A stretch of DNA of 24,578 bases from Pseudomonadota bacterium (GTDB taxonomy: Bacteria > Bdellovibrionota_B > Oligoflexia > Oligoflexales > CAIYRB01): assembly GCA_031416315.1 (NCBI GenBank), contig JANOTL010000008.1, positions 1-24,578 of the forward strand. The letters run 5' to 3'. The first letter of the stretch is position 1. Every line of letters begins with the position of its first letter. The notes below the pieces were generated by a model. It had not been told where the DNA came from, made no database searches, and worked only from the letters and a program-made list of their open reading frames with translations. Below, one piece after another: positions 11,685 to 21,464 of this stretch. Position numbers and translations under genes: made by a program.

Positions 11685-12241
11685 GGCTGGTACACCGGCA
11701 AGCGTTCCTTCGGAAAGTCCCGCAAACGCACGCCTTTTTTGTCCTTATCGGAGAGCTGCGGTCCCTGCAGCGAGCCCCAATCGACGCCGATGTCGGGATC
11801 GTTCCAAAGGATGACCCCTTCGGTCTGCGGATTGTAGAGGTCGGTGCATTTGTACGAAAAGAGCGCTTCGTCGCTGATCACGGCGAATCCGTGCGCGAAT
11901 CCCGGCGGGATGAAGGCTTGCCGGCGATTCTCCTCGGAAAGCTCGAAGCCGACCCATTTGCCGAAGGTCGGCGAGCCGACGCGGATGTCGACGGCGACGT
12001 CGAACACGGCGCCCTTGAGCACGCTGACGAGCTTCCCTTGCGCGTTCGGATTCTGGAAATGCAGGCCCCGCAGGATGCCGCGCTTCGAGAGGGAGAGGTT
12101 GTCCTGGACGAAGTCGCCCTTGATGCCCGCGTCGCGGTAGCGCTTTTCGTTGTAGGTCTCGAAGAAATACCCGCGCGCGTCGCCGAAAACCTTGGGGTCG
12201 ATGATGAGGACGTCCGCGACCGCTGACTGCGTGACCTGCAT
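11681..12241 (-). CDS. rfbC: dTDP-4-dehydrorhamnose 3,5-epimerase
   Basis: PKVFGDARGYFFE, FVQDNLS.S, GILRGLHFQ, QGKLV, FDVAVDIRVGSPTFG, GFAHGF, WNDPDIG. Confidence 0.98.
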   Translation of the reverse strand: MQVTQSAVADVLIIDPKVFGDARGYFFETYNEKRYRDAGIKGDFVQDNLSLSKRGILRGLHFQNPNAQGKLVSVLKGAVFDVAVDIRVGSPTFGKWVGFELSEENRRQAFIPPGFAHGFAVISDEALFSYKCTDLYNPQTEGVILWNDPDIGVDWGSLQGPQLSDKDKKGVRLRDFPKERLPVYQP

Positions 12242-13156
12242 TTAGCGGCCCTCCCTCGAGACGATTTGCTGCAGGTACTGACCGTACGTGCTCTTGGCGA
12301 GCTCGGAGGCGAGTCGCCCCAGCTGGTCCAGGTCGATATAGCCCATACGGAGCGCGATCTCTTCCGGACACGCGATCTTTAGGCCCTGGCGGTTCTCGAC
12401 GGCCTCGACAAAATTGGTCGCCTGCACAAGAGACTCGTGCGTCCCGGTGTCGAGCCAGGCCGTGCCGCGGCCGAGAAGCTCCATTTTGAGCTTCTTTTTC
12501 TGCAGATAGGCGATGTTGACGTCGGTGATCTCGAGCTCGCCGCGGGGCGAGGGCTTCAGGTTCTTCGCGATGTCGACGACGTCGTTGTCGTAGTAGTAGA
12601 GGCCGGTGACGGCGTAGTTCGACTTGGCCTTTTTCGGCTTTTCCTCGAGCGAGATGACGCGGCCGGCGGCGTCGAACTCGGCGACGCCGTAGCGCTCCGG
12701 GTCCTTCACGTAGTAGCCGAAGACCGTGGCGCCGTCGGCCCGGGTGTTCGCCTCGCCGAGCAGCCGCGTGAGGCCGTCGCCGTAGTAGATGTTGTCGCCG
12801 AGGACGAGGCAGGCCGGGTCCTTGCCCAGGAACCTGTCGCCGATGATGAAGGCCTGCGCCAGGCCATCCGGCTTCGGCTGCTCGGCATAAGTGAAAGAGA
12901 GGCCCCACTTGGCGCCGTCGCCGAGGAGCTTCTGGAACTGCGGCAGATCGTGCGGCGTCGAGATCAGCAGGATGTCGCGGATCCCGGAAAGCATCACCAC
13001 CGACAGCGGATAGTAGATCATCGGCTTGTCGTAGATCGGCAGGAGCTGCTTCGAGATGACCATCGTCAAGGGATGAAGGCGCGTTCCGGAGCCGCCGGCG
13101 AGGATGATGCCCTTGCGCTTGAGCGGATTCGAATTCTGTTGCGTCGCGGGTTGCAT
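12242..13156 (-). CDS. rfbA: Glucose-1-phosphate thymidylyltransferase
   Basis: [72 protein letters not shown] at 13156 is preceded by AAGGA. Confidence 0.98.
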   Translation of the reverse strand: MQPATQQNSNPLKRKGIILAGGSGTRLHPLTMVISKQLLPIYDKPMIYYPLSVVMLSGIRDILLISTPHDLPQFQKLLGDGAKWGLSFTYAEQPKPDGLAQAFIIGDRFLGKDPACLVLGDNIYYGDGLTRLLGEANTRADGATVFGYYVKDPERYGVAEFDAAGRVISLEEKPKKAKSNYAVTGLYYYDNDVVDIAKNLKPSPRGELEITDVNIAYLQKKKLKMELLGRGTAWLDTGTHESLVQATNFVEAVENRQGLKIACPEEIALRMGYIDLDQLGRLASELAKSTYGQYLQQIVSREGR

Positions 13157-13173
13157 GGGATTCCTTGGGTGGA

Positions 13174-14232
13174 TCAGGTCGTGAGGCCGAGGCGCTCGCG
13201 GCGGTAGCTGCCGTCTTGGACGCGGCGGCACCAGCCTTCGGCGTTCTCGAGGTACCAGGCGAGGGTCTTCCGTAAGCCCGTCGTGAAGGTCTCTTTCGGC
13301 TTCCAGCCGAGCTCGCGCTGGATCTTGGAGGCGTCGATGGCGTAGCGGAAATCATGGCCCGGGCGGTCGGTGACGTATCTGACGAGGCTCCGGCGCTTGC
13401 CGATCTTGGCGTCGGGGCGCATCTCGTCGAGGAGGTCGCAGATGCCGTGGACCACGTCGATGTTCATCTTCTCGTTGTGACCGCCGATGTTGTACGTCTC
13501 GCCGACCTTGCCGCGGGCTAGGCAAAGGAGGAGCGCCTCGGCGTGGTCGTCGACGTAGAGCCAGTCGCGAATGTTCTCACCCTTCCCGTAAACCGGGAGG
13601 GGCTTGCCTTCCAGGGCGTTGAGGGTCACCAGCGGCACCAGCTTCTCGGGGAACTGGAAGGGGCCGTAATTGTTCGAGCAGTTGGTCGTCACCGTGGGCA
13701 GGCCGTACGTGTGGTGCCAGGCGCGCACGAGGTGGTCGGACGAGGCCTTGCTCGCGGAGTAAGGCGAGTTCGGCTGGTACGGCGTGTCCTCGGTGAAAAG
13801 GCCCTTGGGGCCTAGAGCCCCGTACACTTCGTCAGTCGAGATGTGGTGGAACCGAAAGGCCGCCTTCTTGTCCGCAGGCAGCTCGGTCCAATAGGCGCGG
13901 GTCGCGTCGAGGAGGTTATAGGTGCCGACGATATTCGTTTGGATGAACTCGCCCGGGCCGTCGATGGAGCGGTCGACGTGCGACTCGGCGGCCAGGTGCA
14001 TCACGGCGTCCGGCTTGTGCTTGGCGAAGAGGGCGCGCACGGCCTCGCGGTTGCAGATATCGACCTGTTCGAAGACGTAGCGCGGACTCTTGGCGGCCTC
14101 GGCCAGGGACTCGAGGTTCCCGGCGTAGGTGAGCTTGTCGACGTTGACAATCGTGTGATCGGTCGTCGCCAATGCCCGACGGACGACGGACGAGCCGATG
14201 AAGCCGGCGCCGCCGGTCACGAAGAGTTTCAT
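13174..14232 (-). CDS. rfbB: dTDP-glucose 4,6-dehydratase
   Basis: [74 protein letters not shown] at 14232 is preceded by AAGGAG. Confidence 0.98.
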   Translation of the reverse strand: MKLFVTGGAGFIGSSVVRRALATTDHTIVNVDKLTYAGNLESLAEAAKSPRYVFEQVDICNREAVRALFAKHKPDAVMHLAAESHVDRSIDGPGEFIQTNIVGTYNLLDATRAYWTELPADKKAAFRFHHISTDEVYGALGPKGLFTEDTPYQPNSPYSASKASSDHLVRAWHHTYGLPTVTTNCSNNYGPFQFPEKLVPLVTLNALEGKPLPVYGKGENIRDWLYVDDHAEALLLCLARGKVGETYNIGGHNEKMNIDVVHGICDLLDEMRPDAKIGKRRSLVRYVTDRPGHDFRYAIDASKIQRELGWKPKETFTTGLRKTLAWYLENAEGWCRRVQDGSYRRERLGLTT

Positions 14233-14346
14233 GGAGAGCTCCTTTTCGGGTCGCCGATGCATACTAGGACGAACGCCGGGCCGAAGGCTACGGTAGCCCG
14301 GAAGACCTTGTGGCTCGTGTCCGGGGCAGCTATGAATAGCGGTCGC

Positions 14347-15120
14347 ATGCTCGAAACTCGCTCGCTCGCAAAATGGAAAGACCTCGTGATCCTGCTCGTG
14401 CAGCGGGATTTAAGAGTGCGTTATCGCGGCTCTTTTCTGGGCTATGTGTGGAGCATGATGAACCCGCTCCTCTACATGGCGATCCTGTCTTTCGTCTTCT
14501 CGCACCTGATGCGCGTGAAGATCGAGAACTACGCCGCCTTCATTCTTTCGGGGACCCTGACGTGGAACCTCTTCCACCAGAGCTTGATGATCGGCGTGAA
14601 CTCGATCCTCGGCAACGGCGCCCTGTTGCGGAAAGTGCAGGTTCCCGCCGCATTGTTCCCGGCGGTGAGCGTGTGCTCCGTGCTCGTAAACTTCGTGCTC
14701 GCACTGGGCCCCTACGTGTTGATCGCGCTGGCGACGGGCGTCCAATTGACCCCGTGGATCCTGGCCCTCCCGCTCGTGATCGTCCCGTACCTGATCTTCA
14801 TCTACGGGCTCGCGCTCTTCGTCGGCACGATGAACATCAGCTTCCGGGACGTCGGCCACACGCTCGAGCCTCTGCTGACCATGCTGTTTTACGCCTCTCC
14901 CATCGTCTATCCGGTGGAGATGCTGCCGGAGAGCTATCGCAAGCTCCTTTGGCTGAACCCCATGACGCCATTCCTGACGGAGATGCGCAGTCTCCTCTTC
15001 TACGGGCGCGCGCCCTCGGCGCAAGGTATGACCCTGATTTTCGCGCTGGCGTTCGCCGCCTTCGTCCTCGGCGTTTTGGTGTACAGGAAGAATCGTGACG
15101 GCTTCGTCTACAACCTCTGA
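14347..15120 (+). CDS. wzm: Polysaccharide ABC transporter permease (ABC-2 type)
   Basis: [22 protein letters not shown], six hydrophobic segments, [19 protein letters not shown]. The start is ATG 14347 or 14332. The longer track ORF from 13843 overlaps rfbB. Confidence 0.95.
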   Translation: MLETRSLAKWKDLVILLVQRDLRVRYRGSFLGYVWSMMNPLLYMAILSFVFSHLMRVKIENYAAFILSGTLTWNLFHQSLMIGVNSILGNGALLRKVQVPAALFPAVSVCSVLVNFVLALGPYVLIALATGVQLTPWILALPLVIVPYLIFIYGLALFVGTMNISFRDVGHTLEPLLTMLFYASPIVYPVEMLPESYRKLLWLNPMTPFLTEMRSLLFYGRAPSAQGMTLIFALAFAAFVLGVLVYRKNRDGFVYNL

Positions 15121-16414
15121 ACAGCTCCTGGTGGAAGCGCGCGGCGTCACGGTCCAGTACCGGATGCAGGAATCGCACACGTCGACGCTCAAGGAATTCG
15201 TCCTGGCGAAGATCTCCGGCAAGGCTTCGTGGAAGGTGTCCTACGCCCTAAAGAACGCGGCGTTGACTGTCGGCAAAGGCGAATGCGTCGCGCTGATCGG
15301 CCACAACGGCTGCGGCAAGTCGACGTTTTTGAAGGTGCTCGCGGGCATCTTGAAGCCGATCGAAGGCGAGGTCCTGGTACGCGGCCGCGTCGCGCCCTTG
15401 ATCGAGCTCGGCGCCGGCTTCGACCCGGAGCTCACCGGTCGCGAGAACGTCTTCCTTTCCTGCAGCTTGATGGGGCTCTCGCGCAAAGAGATCGAAGAGC
15501 GCATGGAGGCGATCGCCGCCTTCGCCGAGCTCGGCGACTACTTCGACCAACCCGTGAAGACATACAGCTCCGGCATGTACATGCGTCTCGGCTTTTCCTG
15601 CTCGACGGCGATCGACGCGGAGCTCCTCCTAATCGACGAGATTCTCGCGGTCGGCGACGAGAACTTCCAGAAGAAGTGCTTCGAGCGCCTCCACAAAGCG
15701 CGGCGCGAGGGCGTCTCCCTCGTCCTCGTGACGCACGACCTAAATGTCGTGCGGCAGATCGCCGATCGCGCGCTCGTCATCGACCACGGGGAGATCCAAT
15801 ATGAGGGCGATCCGAGGCTCGCCGTCGATTTTTACCTGGATTTGATGGAGAAGGCCCGCATCGCAGCGCTGCCCGAGGCGGTACGCGAGGAGCTGAAGCG
15901 GCAGGTCGAGCTGAAGAAGAACGACCGCATTCACCGCGATTTTTCGCGTGGCGATGCCAAGATCTCGCGCGTGGCGGCCCTCGGGAAAAACGGCAGCCTC
16001 GGCGTCCTGACCGCCGGCGAGCCGTGGACGCTCGAGATCGAGATCGACGTCCTGATCGCCTTCCCCGCGCCGCCGGTCATAGGCTACGCCGTGCGGCGGC
16101 CGGACGGCGTGCGCATCTTCGGCTCCAACACCAAGACCAAAGCCGAGAGCGGCACGCCGACGCCGCAGTCCCTGAAAAACAAGGGTCGGCATGTCGTGCG
16201 CTTCTGTTTCGACGGCCTGGCGCTCGCCTCCGGCACGTACAGCGTCATCGCCGCCGTGCACAACCACGGCCTCGAGGCGACGATCGAGATCATCGAGATC
16301 GCCGGCGCCATCCGCGTCGTCGACCCGAACGACGAGGATAACTTCGACGCCGACCTGCTCGCGGCGAATCAGCGCTCGGGCACCGTGGAATTCATCGTTC
16401 CGACGGCGGAGTGA
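15095..16414 (+). CDS. wzt: Polysaccharide ABC transporter ATPase with C-terminal Wzt_C-like beta domain
   Basis: Walker A GHNGCGKST, ELGAGFDPELTGRENV, signature YSSGM, Walker B LLLIDE, VGDENFQKKC, VTHD, plus about 150 aa of beta-rich C-terminal extension (IFGSNT, LASGTYSV). Confidence 0.95.
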   Translation: MTASSTTSEQLLVEARGVTVQYRMQESHTSTLKEFVLAKISGKASWKVSYALKNAALTVGKGECVALIGHNGCGKSTFLKVLAGILKPIEGEVLVRGRVAPLIELGAGFDPELTGRENVFLSCSLMGLSRKEIEERMEAIAAFAELGDYFDQPVKTYSSGMYMRLGFSCSTAIDAELLLIDEILAVGDENFQKKCFERLHKARREGVSLVLVTHDLNVVRQIADRALVIDHGEIQYEGDPRLAVDFYLDLMEKARIAALPEAVREELKRQVELKKNDRIHRDFSRGDAKISRVAALGKNGSLGVLTAGEPWTLEIEIDVLIAFPAPPVIGYAVRRPDGVRIFGSNTKTKAESGTPTPQSLKNKGRHVVRFCFDGLALASGTYSVIAAVHNHGLEATIEIIEIAGAIRVVDPNDEDNFDADLLAANQRSGTVEFIVPTAE

Positions 16415-18365
16415 CGGCTCTGCCCGCGATGTAGGGTCCGAGGCCGACGCTGCGCCAGTAGTCGCGCAACGTCTCGCGCTTCGGATCGATGTGCGCCTCG
16501 ATCGCGGGACTGACGTGCTCGTGCCGCAGGAGGTGGAAATTCATGTACGGATCGTTGAGGAGCTCGTGCGACCAGCGCTCCAGCATCACCATCTTCTCGT
16601 AATTCTCGATCGAGGCGCCGCGCGAAGGCGACTCGTAGTGAATGAGCGTAGCGTGCGGCGTGTACACTTGGCGGCGCCCTAACCTCGCGAGTTTGAGGCA
16701 GAAATCCACGTCACCGAAGCCGTTGGGCAGGTCGACCTCGTCGAGGCCGCCGACCGCGAGGTAATCGGCTCGCTTGACCATCAGGCAGGCGGCCGTCACG
16801 GCGGCGACCTCGCGCAAAGTGTTCGCCGAATCGAGGTAGTGACTCGTGTTGTGCGGCAGATATTTCAACGAATGGGCCGCGATCCGGCGGTCGACTAGCG
16901 CCAGGCCGGCATGCTGGATCGTCAGATCCGGGTAGAGAAGCTTGCAGCCGACCGCGCCGACGTCGGGAAATTGCGCATAGCTCAAGAGCTCTTCGAGCCA
17001 GCGAGCGGTCACGACTTCAGTGTCATTGTTCAAAAGGACGAGGTACTCGCCCTTGGCTTGGCGCGCGGCGACGTTGTTCATCGCCCCGAAATTGAAAGGC
17101 GCATCGTGCGCGATGACCGTGATGCGCCCCGGCTCGGCGGCCTGAAACTTCTGGTAGGTCGCGAAAGCCGCGGGGTCGGTCGAGCCGTTGTCGACGAGCA
17201 GGATCTCCACGTTCTTGTACGTCGAGAGCCGGAAAATTGAGTCGAGACAGGTGCCGATCAACTCCGGCCGGTCCTTGGACGGGATGATGATCGAGACGAG
17301 CGGCTCGTGCTCGGGAAGCTCGAACTTGATCTTGTAGTGGAACGTCTCGCGCTCCCACTCCACCTCGGCCGGCCGGTAGCGGCGCTCGCAGGCCTCCTTC
17401 ACCGCCTTCACGCCGTTGACGACGGCGTACGGCTTTTCGTCGATGGAAGACGCCGTGCTGCCTTCGAGGGCACGCCATTGGTAGAGGATGAAAGGCACGT
17501 GTACCACGGGTTTCGTGCTGCCTTCGACGGCGCGCAGCATGAGGTCGTGGTCCTGCGCGCCCTCGAAACCCTGGCGAAAGCCGCCGATCTTGCGCAAGAG
17601 CTCGGTCTTGTAGACCGAAAGATGCGTCGTGTAGTTCACCGAAAGGTGGAAGAAGGGCGACCAATCAGGCTTATAAAAGGGCCCGTGAAAGCGCTCGCCG
17701 TCTTTGTCGACCAGGCGTTCGTCCGAATACAGGATCTCCGGCCGGTCGCGGTGGTTGATGTAGCGAGCCATTTCGCCTAGAGCATGCGGCAAGAGCACGT
17801 CGTCGTGGTCGAGGAGCGCCACGTAATCGCCGGCAGCGAGCTCCAGGCAACGGTTCGACGTGACGGAGATGTGCCCGTTTTTGTCGTTGATCGCGTATTT
17901 GACGCGGCCCGGGTGGAGGTCGGCGAAGGTGCGGATCACCGCGTCGATCTCGGGCATGCCTGAGGCGTCGTCGACGATGCAGAGCTCCCAGCGGTCGTAG
18001 ATCTGACCGGCGACGGAGGCCAAGGTCTCGCGGAGGAGCGCCGCCGGGACCTTGTAGACCGGTACGAGGACCGAGACGAGGGGCTGGTAAGGGAGGGCGT
18101 CGAAGCGCGGCTTGAGCGAGGCCCAGTAGCGTCCGATGAGCGCCTGCTCGGCGGTGTCCCCGTCGACGGCGACCTGGGTCGGCCCCGCGTCGAAGGAGTC
18201 GTGGAAAAAGCGGTTGTACTGGCGGTCCATGGACTTCACCGCGTCGTAGAGTGCCTCTGACGCCTGCTTCGCGATCGAAGACAGCTTGCGGAGCGGGCGC
18301 GCGACTCCGTGGAGGAGGAGCGACCGGGCCGGGCGAAATGTCGACGGGCGCGAATTTTCGGACAC
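16392..18365 (-). CDS. Two-domain GT2 glycosyltransferase (putative rhamnosyltransferase)
   Basis: Domain 1: VSVLVPVYK, WELCIVDDAS, LLDHDD, YSDE, FYKPDWS, EGAQDHDL. Domain 2: VSIIIPSKD, VDNGS, FNFGAMNN, LLNNDTEV, AVTAACL, DVDFCL. Likely GTG start at 18365 with GAGG upstream. Confidence 0.93.
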   Translation of the reverse strand: MSENSRPSTFRPARSLLLHGVARPLRKLSSIAKQASEALYDAVKSMDRQYNRFFHDSFDAGPTQVAVDGDTAEQALIGRYWASLKPRFDALPYQPLVSVLVPVYKVPAALLRETLASVAGQIYDRWELCIVDDASGMPEIDAVIRTFADLHPGRVKYAINDKNGHISVTSNRCLELAAGDYVALLDHDDVLLPHALGEMARYINHRDRPEILYSDERLVDKDGERFHGPFYKPDWSPFFHLSVNYTTHLSVYKTELLRKIGGFRQGFEGAQDHDLMLRAVEGSTKPVVHVPFILYQWRALEGSTASSIDEKPYAVVNGVKAVKEACERRYRPAEVEWERETFHYKIKFELPEHEPLVSIIIPSKDRPELIGTCLDSIFRLSTYKNVEILLVDNGSTDPAAFATYQKFQAAEPGRITVIAHDAPFNFGAMNNVAARQAKGEYLVLLNNDTEVVTARWLEELLSYAQFPDVGAVGCKLLYPDLTIQHAGLALVDRRIAAHSLKYLPHNTSHYLDSANTLREVAAVTAACLMVKRADYLAVGGLDEVDLPNGFGDVDFCLKLARLGRRQVYTPHATLIHYESPSRGASIENYEKMVMLERWSHELLNDPYMNFHLLRHEHVSPAIEAHIDPKRETLRDYWRSVGLGPYIAGRAVTPPSER

Positions 18366-18414
18366 TGAAAGGCCTCGAGTCTGACCGTGGACCGTAGACA
18401 AAGGAAAGCAGCGC

Positions 18415-18443
18415 ATTCTAAAAGAAACCCAAGGGTCTTTCGA
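18415..18443 (-). promoter_or_regulatory. Possible sigma70-type promoter (-35 TCGAAA, 17 bp, -10 TAGAAT) for the minus-strand GT2
   Basis: AT-rich patch in the gap between the divergent GT2 genes. Pattern match only. Confidence 0.35.
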
Positions 18444-18465
18444 TGGTTTTCACCGCGGGGAGCGC

Positions 18466-20430
18466 ATGGGTCGCGCGTTTCAGATGATGCGTGTCGGGGT
18501 TTTCGCTCTGTTTGCCGTCCCAGCCGTCGAGCGGCTCGGGCGGCCGAAGGTCTTGAAGCTTGCCAAGCTGCTCGATAAAGTGGCGAACAAGCTTTACGCG
18601 CTGTATCGCAAGGCCCCGCAGGCTCGCCAACAGCTTGACGTCGCGCTCGCCGGGCAGTGGAGCCGCCCGAAGGCGGATTTCGAGGGGCGGCTGCGGCTTA
18701 CGGCCCGCTATTACCTGAGCCTCGGCGAATCGGTGCGCGACCTCGCCCTGCGCCCGAAGATCAGCATCCTCCTGCCCATCTACAAGGTTGAGCCGCGTTT
18801 CCTCGCCGAAGCCTTGATGAGCGTCGAGCGCCAGGTCTATCGCGACTGGGAGCTTTGCGCCGTTGACGACGCCTCGGGCGACCCGCGCCTAGCGGCGATG
18901 CTCGCGGAATTCGCGCAGCGGCATGCGGGAAAAGTGCGGTTCGCGCAGAACGAGACCAACGGGCACATCTCGATCACCTCGAACCGCTGCCTCGAGCTGG
19001 CGACGGGCGATTTCACGGTCCTTCTCGACCACGACGATCGCCTCTATCCGCATGCGCTGGCGGAGATGGTGCGTCACCTCAACTTGCTGGGCGATCCGGA
19101 CGTCCTTTACTCGGACGAGCGCATGGTCGACGCGGCCGGCGCGCCGTCGGGCGATCCGTTCCACAAGCCGGCTTGGTCGCGATTTCTGCATCTTTGCATG
19201 AATTACACGACGCATTTATCGCTTTATCGCACGGCGCTCATGCGCGAAATCGGCGGCTTTCGCACGGGTTTCGAGGGCGCACAGGATCACGACTTGATGC
19301 TGCGGGCGGTCGAAGCCACGAAAAAGCCGGTCGGCCATGTGCCGTTCTGCCTGTACCAATGGCGCTCGCACCCCGCGTCGACCGCGGGCAACCTCGAGAA
19401 CAGCGTCAAGCCGTACGCGGCCGCGGCCGGCGAGAAGGCCGTCGCCGAGGCGCTCACGCGTCAGGGGCGCCCCGCGAAAGTCGCCTACGTTCCGGCGACC
19501 GGCCACTACCGCGTGACTTTTACCGTGCAGGAGCCGCACCCTCTCGTTTCGATCGTGATCCCCTCGAAGGACGCGCCGGCGCTGATCCGTCGCTGTCTCG
19601 ATTCGGTCGTGAAGCTCTCGACCTACCAAAACTACGAGATCGTCATCTCCGACAATGGCTCGAAGAACCCGGAGACCTTGGCGCTCTATGCCGAGATGCA
19701 GCAGGCGCTCGGCGAAAGGTTCCGGGCCCACATCGAGCCCGGCCCGTTCAATTTCGGCCTCCAAGTCAACAAAGGCGTCGCGCTCGCGCGCGGCGCATAC
19801 GTGCTCCTGCTGAACAATGACACCGAGGTGATCACGCCGGAATGGATCGAGGAGATGCTCGGCCTCGCGCAGTTCCCCGAGGTCGGCGCCGTCGGTTGCA
19901 AGCTCCTCTTCGCCGATCGCCGCATCCAGCATGCCGGCGTCTTCCTCAGCGCGCCAAAGATCGCGGAACATGCGGGGATCCTGTGCGCTGAGGACGACCG
20001 AAGGTACTGGAACATGCTCGGCTCGATGCACGAGATCTCCGCCGTCACTGCCGCCTGCCTCCTCGTCTCGAAGGCGAAATACGACGCCATGGGCGGCCTC
20101 GACGCGGTCTACCTGCCGCGAGGCTTCGGCGATGTCGACTTCTGCCTGAAGCTTCGCGAGCGCGGCCTCGTCAACGTCTACACGCCCTATGCGAAGCTCT
20201 ATCATCACGAATCCGCCACCCGTGGCGTCGCGATCGAATACTTCGAATGCCACTACATGCGCCGCCTCTGGGGCCAGCGCCTCGCGACCGACCCCTACCG
20301 CAACCCAAACCTGGTCGACGGCCCCCGTTATGAAGTCGACGGTCTCTCGGTCGATCTCGATCTATCGGCCGCGGAGTTCGACTTCTTCCTGAAGACGCCG
20401 CCCGAACGCTGGATCGAGGCGACGGCTTGA
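18466..20430 (+). CDS. Two-domain GT2 glycosyltransferase, paralogue of 16392..18365
   Basis: ISILLPIYK, WELCAVDDAS, LLDHDD, EGAQDHDL, then VSIVIPSKD, DNGS, LLNNDTEV, AVTAACL, DVDFCL. GGGGAG lies upstream of the ATG. Confidence 0.93.
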   Translation: MGRAFQMMRVGVFALFAVPAVERLGRPKVLKLAKLLDKVANKLYALYRKAPQARQQLDVALAGQWSRPKADFEGRLRLTARYYLSLGESVRDLALRPKISILLPIYKVEPRFLAEALMSVERQVYRDWELCAVDDASGDPRLAAMLAEFAQRHAGKVRFAQNETNGHISITSNRCLELATGDFTVLLDHDDRLYPHALAEMVRHLNLLGDPDVLYSDERMVDAAGAPSGDPFHKPAWSRFLHLCMNYTTHLSLYRTALMREIGGFRTGFEGAQDHDLMLRAVEATKKPVGHVPFCLYQWRSHPASTAGNLENSVKPYAAAAGEKAVAEALTRQGRPAKVAYVPATGHYRVTFTVQEPHPLVSIVIPSKDAPALIRRCLDSVVKLSTYQNYEIVISDNGSKNPETLALYAEMQQALGERFRAHIEPGPFNFGLQVNKGVALARGAYVLLLNNDTEVITPEWIEEMLGLAQFPEVGAVGCKLLFADRRIQHAGVFLSAPKIAEHAGILCAEDDRRYWNMLGSMHEISAVTAACLLVSKAKYDAMGGLDAVYLPRGFGDVDFCLKLRERGLVNVYTPYAKLYHHESATRGVAIEYFECHYMRRLWGQRLATDPYRNPNLVDGPRYEVDGLSVDLDLSAAEFDFFLKTPPERWIEATA

Positions 20431-21464
20431 AGGGGAAAGGCGTCGTGGGCAAAGTCGCGTGGGTCTTCTGCAAGGTCTGGGAGCACCTCCTGCGCGCACT
20501 CTCGCCCGCGGGCTCCGACCCGACCAAGATCCTTCTCGACAGCTACACTCTCGCTCAAAGCGAGGCGCAAGAGACCCCGCCCGCCGACATTCCCGTCACG
20601 GGCCGCGTGCTCGTGGTCGTCCCCTTTCGCGACCGCTGGCAACTTACGGCGCGCTGCCTCGAGTCCCTTCTGCGTCAAGAGCTGCCGGAATGCTGCAAGT
20701 TCGAGATCGCGCTGGTCGACAACGGCTCCGTCGAGCCCTACACGGCCGACGGCGTGCGCTCGTTCATCACTCTCGCCTCTTCGAAGCACATCAAAGCCCA
20801 TCATCTCCGGGTCGATGCGCCCTTCAACTTTTCCGCGCTGAACAACGCCGCCGTGCAGCGTTTCGCCGCTGGCGCGCCGTGGTACCTATTTCTCAATAAT
20901 GACGTTGAGTTCCGCTCGTCCGCCGCCTTGGCTCGCCTCCTCGCCGGCGCCGCCGCGGCCCCGCGCTCCGGCGCAGTCGGCTGCACGCTTCTCTATCCGT
21001 CGGGCGCGATCCAACATCTGTTCGTCGCCCCCGGCGTGAAGATCGTCGCAGCCCACCCGCTCAAAGGCGCGATCCTAACTGACGCGGCCGCCTGGTTTGC
21101 CGCCCCGCGCCCCGTCGCCGCCGTCACCGGTGCCGCCCTTCTCGTCCGCGCGCCCGACTTCCACGCCGTCGACGGTTTCGACGAGGCCCTGCCCACCGTC
21201 GGCCAGGACGTCGACCTTTGCCTGAAGCTCCAGAAGCTCGGCCGCACGAACTGGGTGATCCCAGACGTGCGCCTGATCCATCACGAGGGCGCGAGCCGTG
21301 GCCAAGCCATCGCCGAAGACGAGGTTGCACGGATCTATGCGAAGTGGGGCGATTTCCTCCACTTCAACCCCTACTACGACCGGCGCTTGTCGCGGTTCTC
21401 CGAGCCGCCGATCCGCTCGCCGCTGGCGCTACGCTACCCATGGCGGCTCGTGATCGGACCCTAA
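20427..21464 (+). CDS. Single-domain GT2 glycosyltransferase
   Basis: VVVPFRD, VDNGS, FNFSALNN, LFLNNDV, AVTGAALL, GFDE, DVDLCL. It resembles the second domain of the two large GT2s. TTG start overlaps the upstream stop (TTGA). Confidence 0.9.
   Translation: MKGKGVVGKVAWVFCKVWEHLLRALSPAGSDPTKILLDSYTLAQSEAQETPPADIPVTGRVLVVVPFRDRWQLTARCLESLLRQELPECCKFEIALVDNGSVEPYTADGVRSFITLASSKHIKAHHLRVDAPFNFSALNNAAVQRFAAGAPWYLFLNNDVEFRSSAALARLLAGAAAAPRSGAVGCTLLYPSGAIQHLFVAPGVKIVAAHPLKGAILTDAAAWFAAPRPVAAVTGAALLVRAPDFHAVDGFDEALPTVGQDVDLCLKLQKLGRTNWVIPDVRLIHHEGASRGQAIAEDEVARIYAKWGDFLHFNPYYDRRLSRFSEPPIRSPLALRYPWRLVIGP

Noticed and set aside
11745..13355. 536-aa Arg/Pro-rich minus-strand ORF
   Set aside because: Alternative frame over rfbA/rfbC with composition typical of off-frame GC-rich sequence.
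14286..14298. GGCTA-CGG-TAGCC hairpin containing CGGTAG, resembling an ops/JUMPstart element
   Set aside because: It does not match GGCGGTAG, the stem is only 5 bp, and no RfaH/NusG paralogue is in the window.
13843..14331. Apparent long N-terminal extension of Wzm
   Set aside because: It overlaps rfbB on the opposite strand. Wzm homology begins near 14347.
18366..18465. Possible invertible promoter between the GT2 paralogues
   Set aside because: Only a 5-bp TGAAA/TTTCA inverted match flanks it and no recombinase gene is present.
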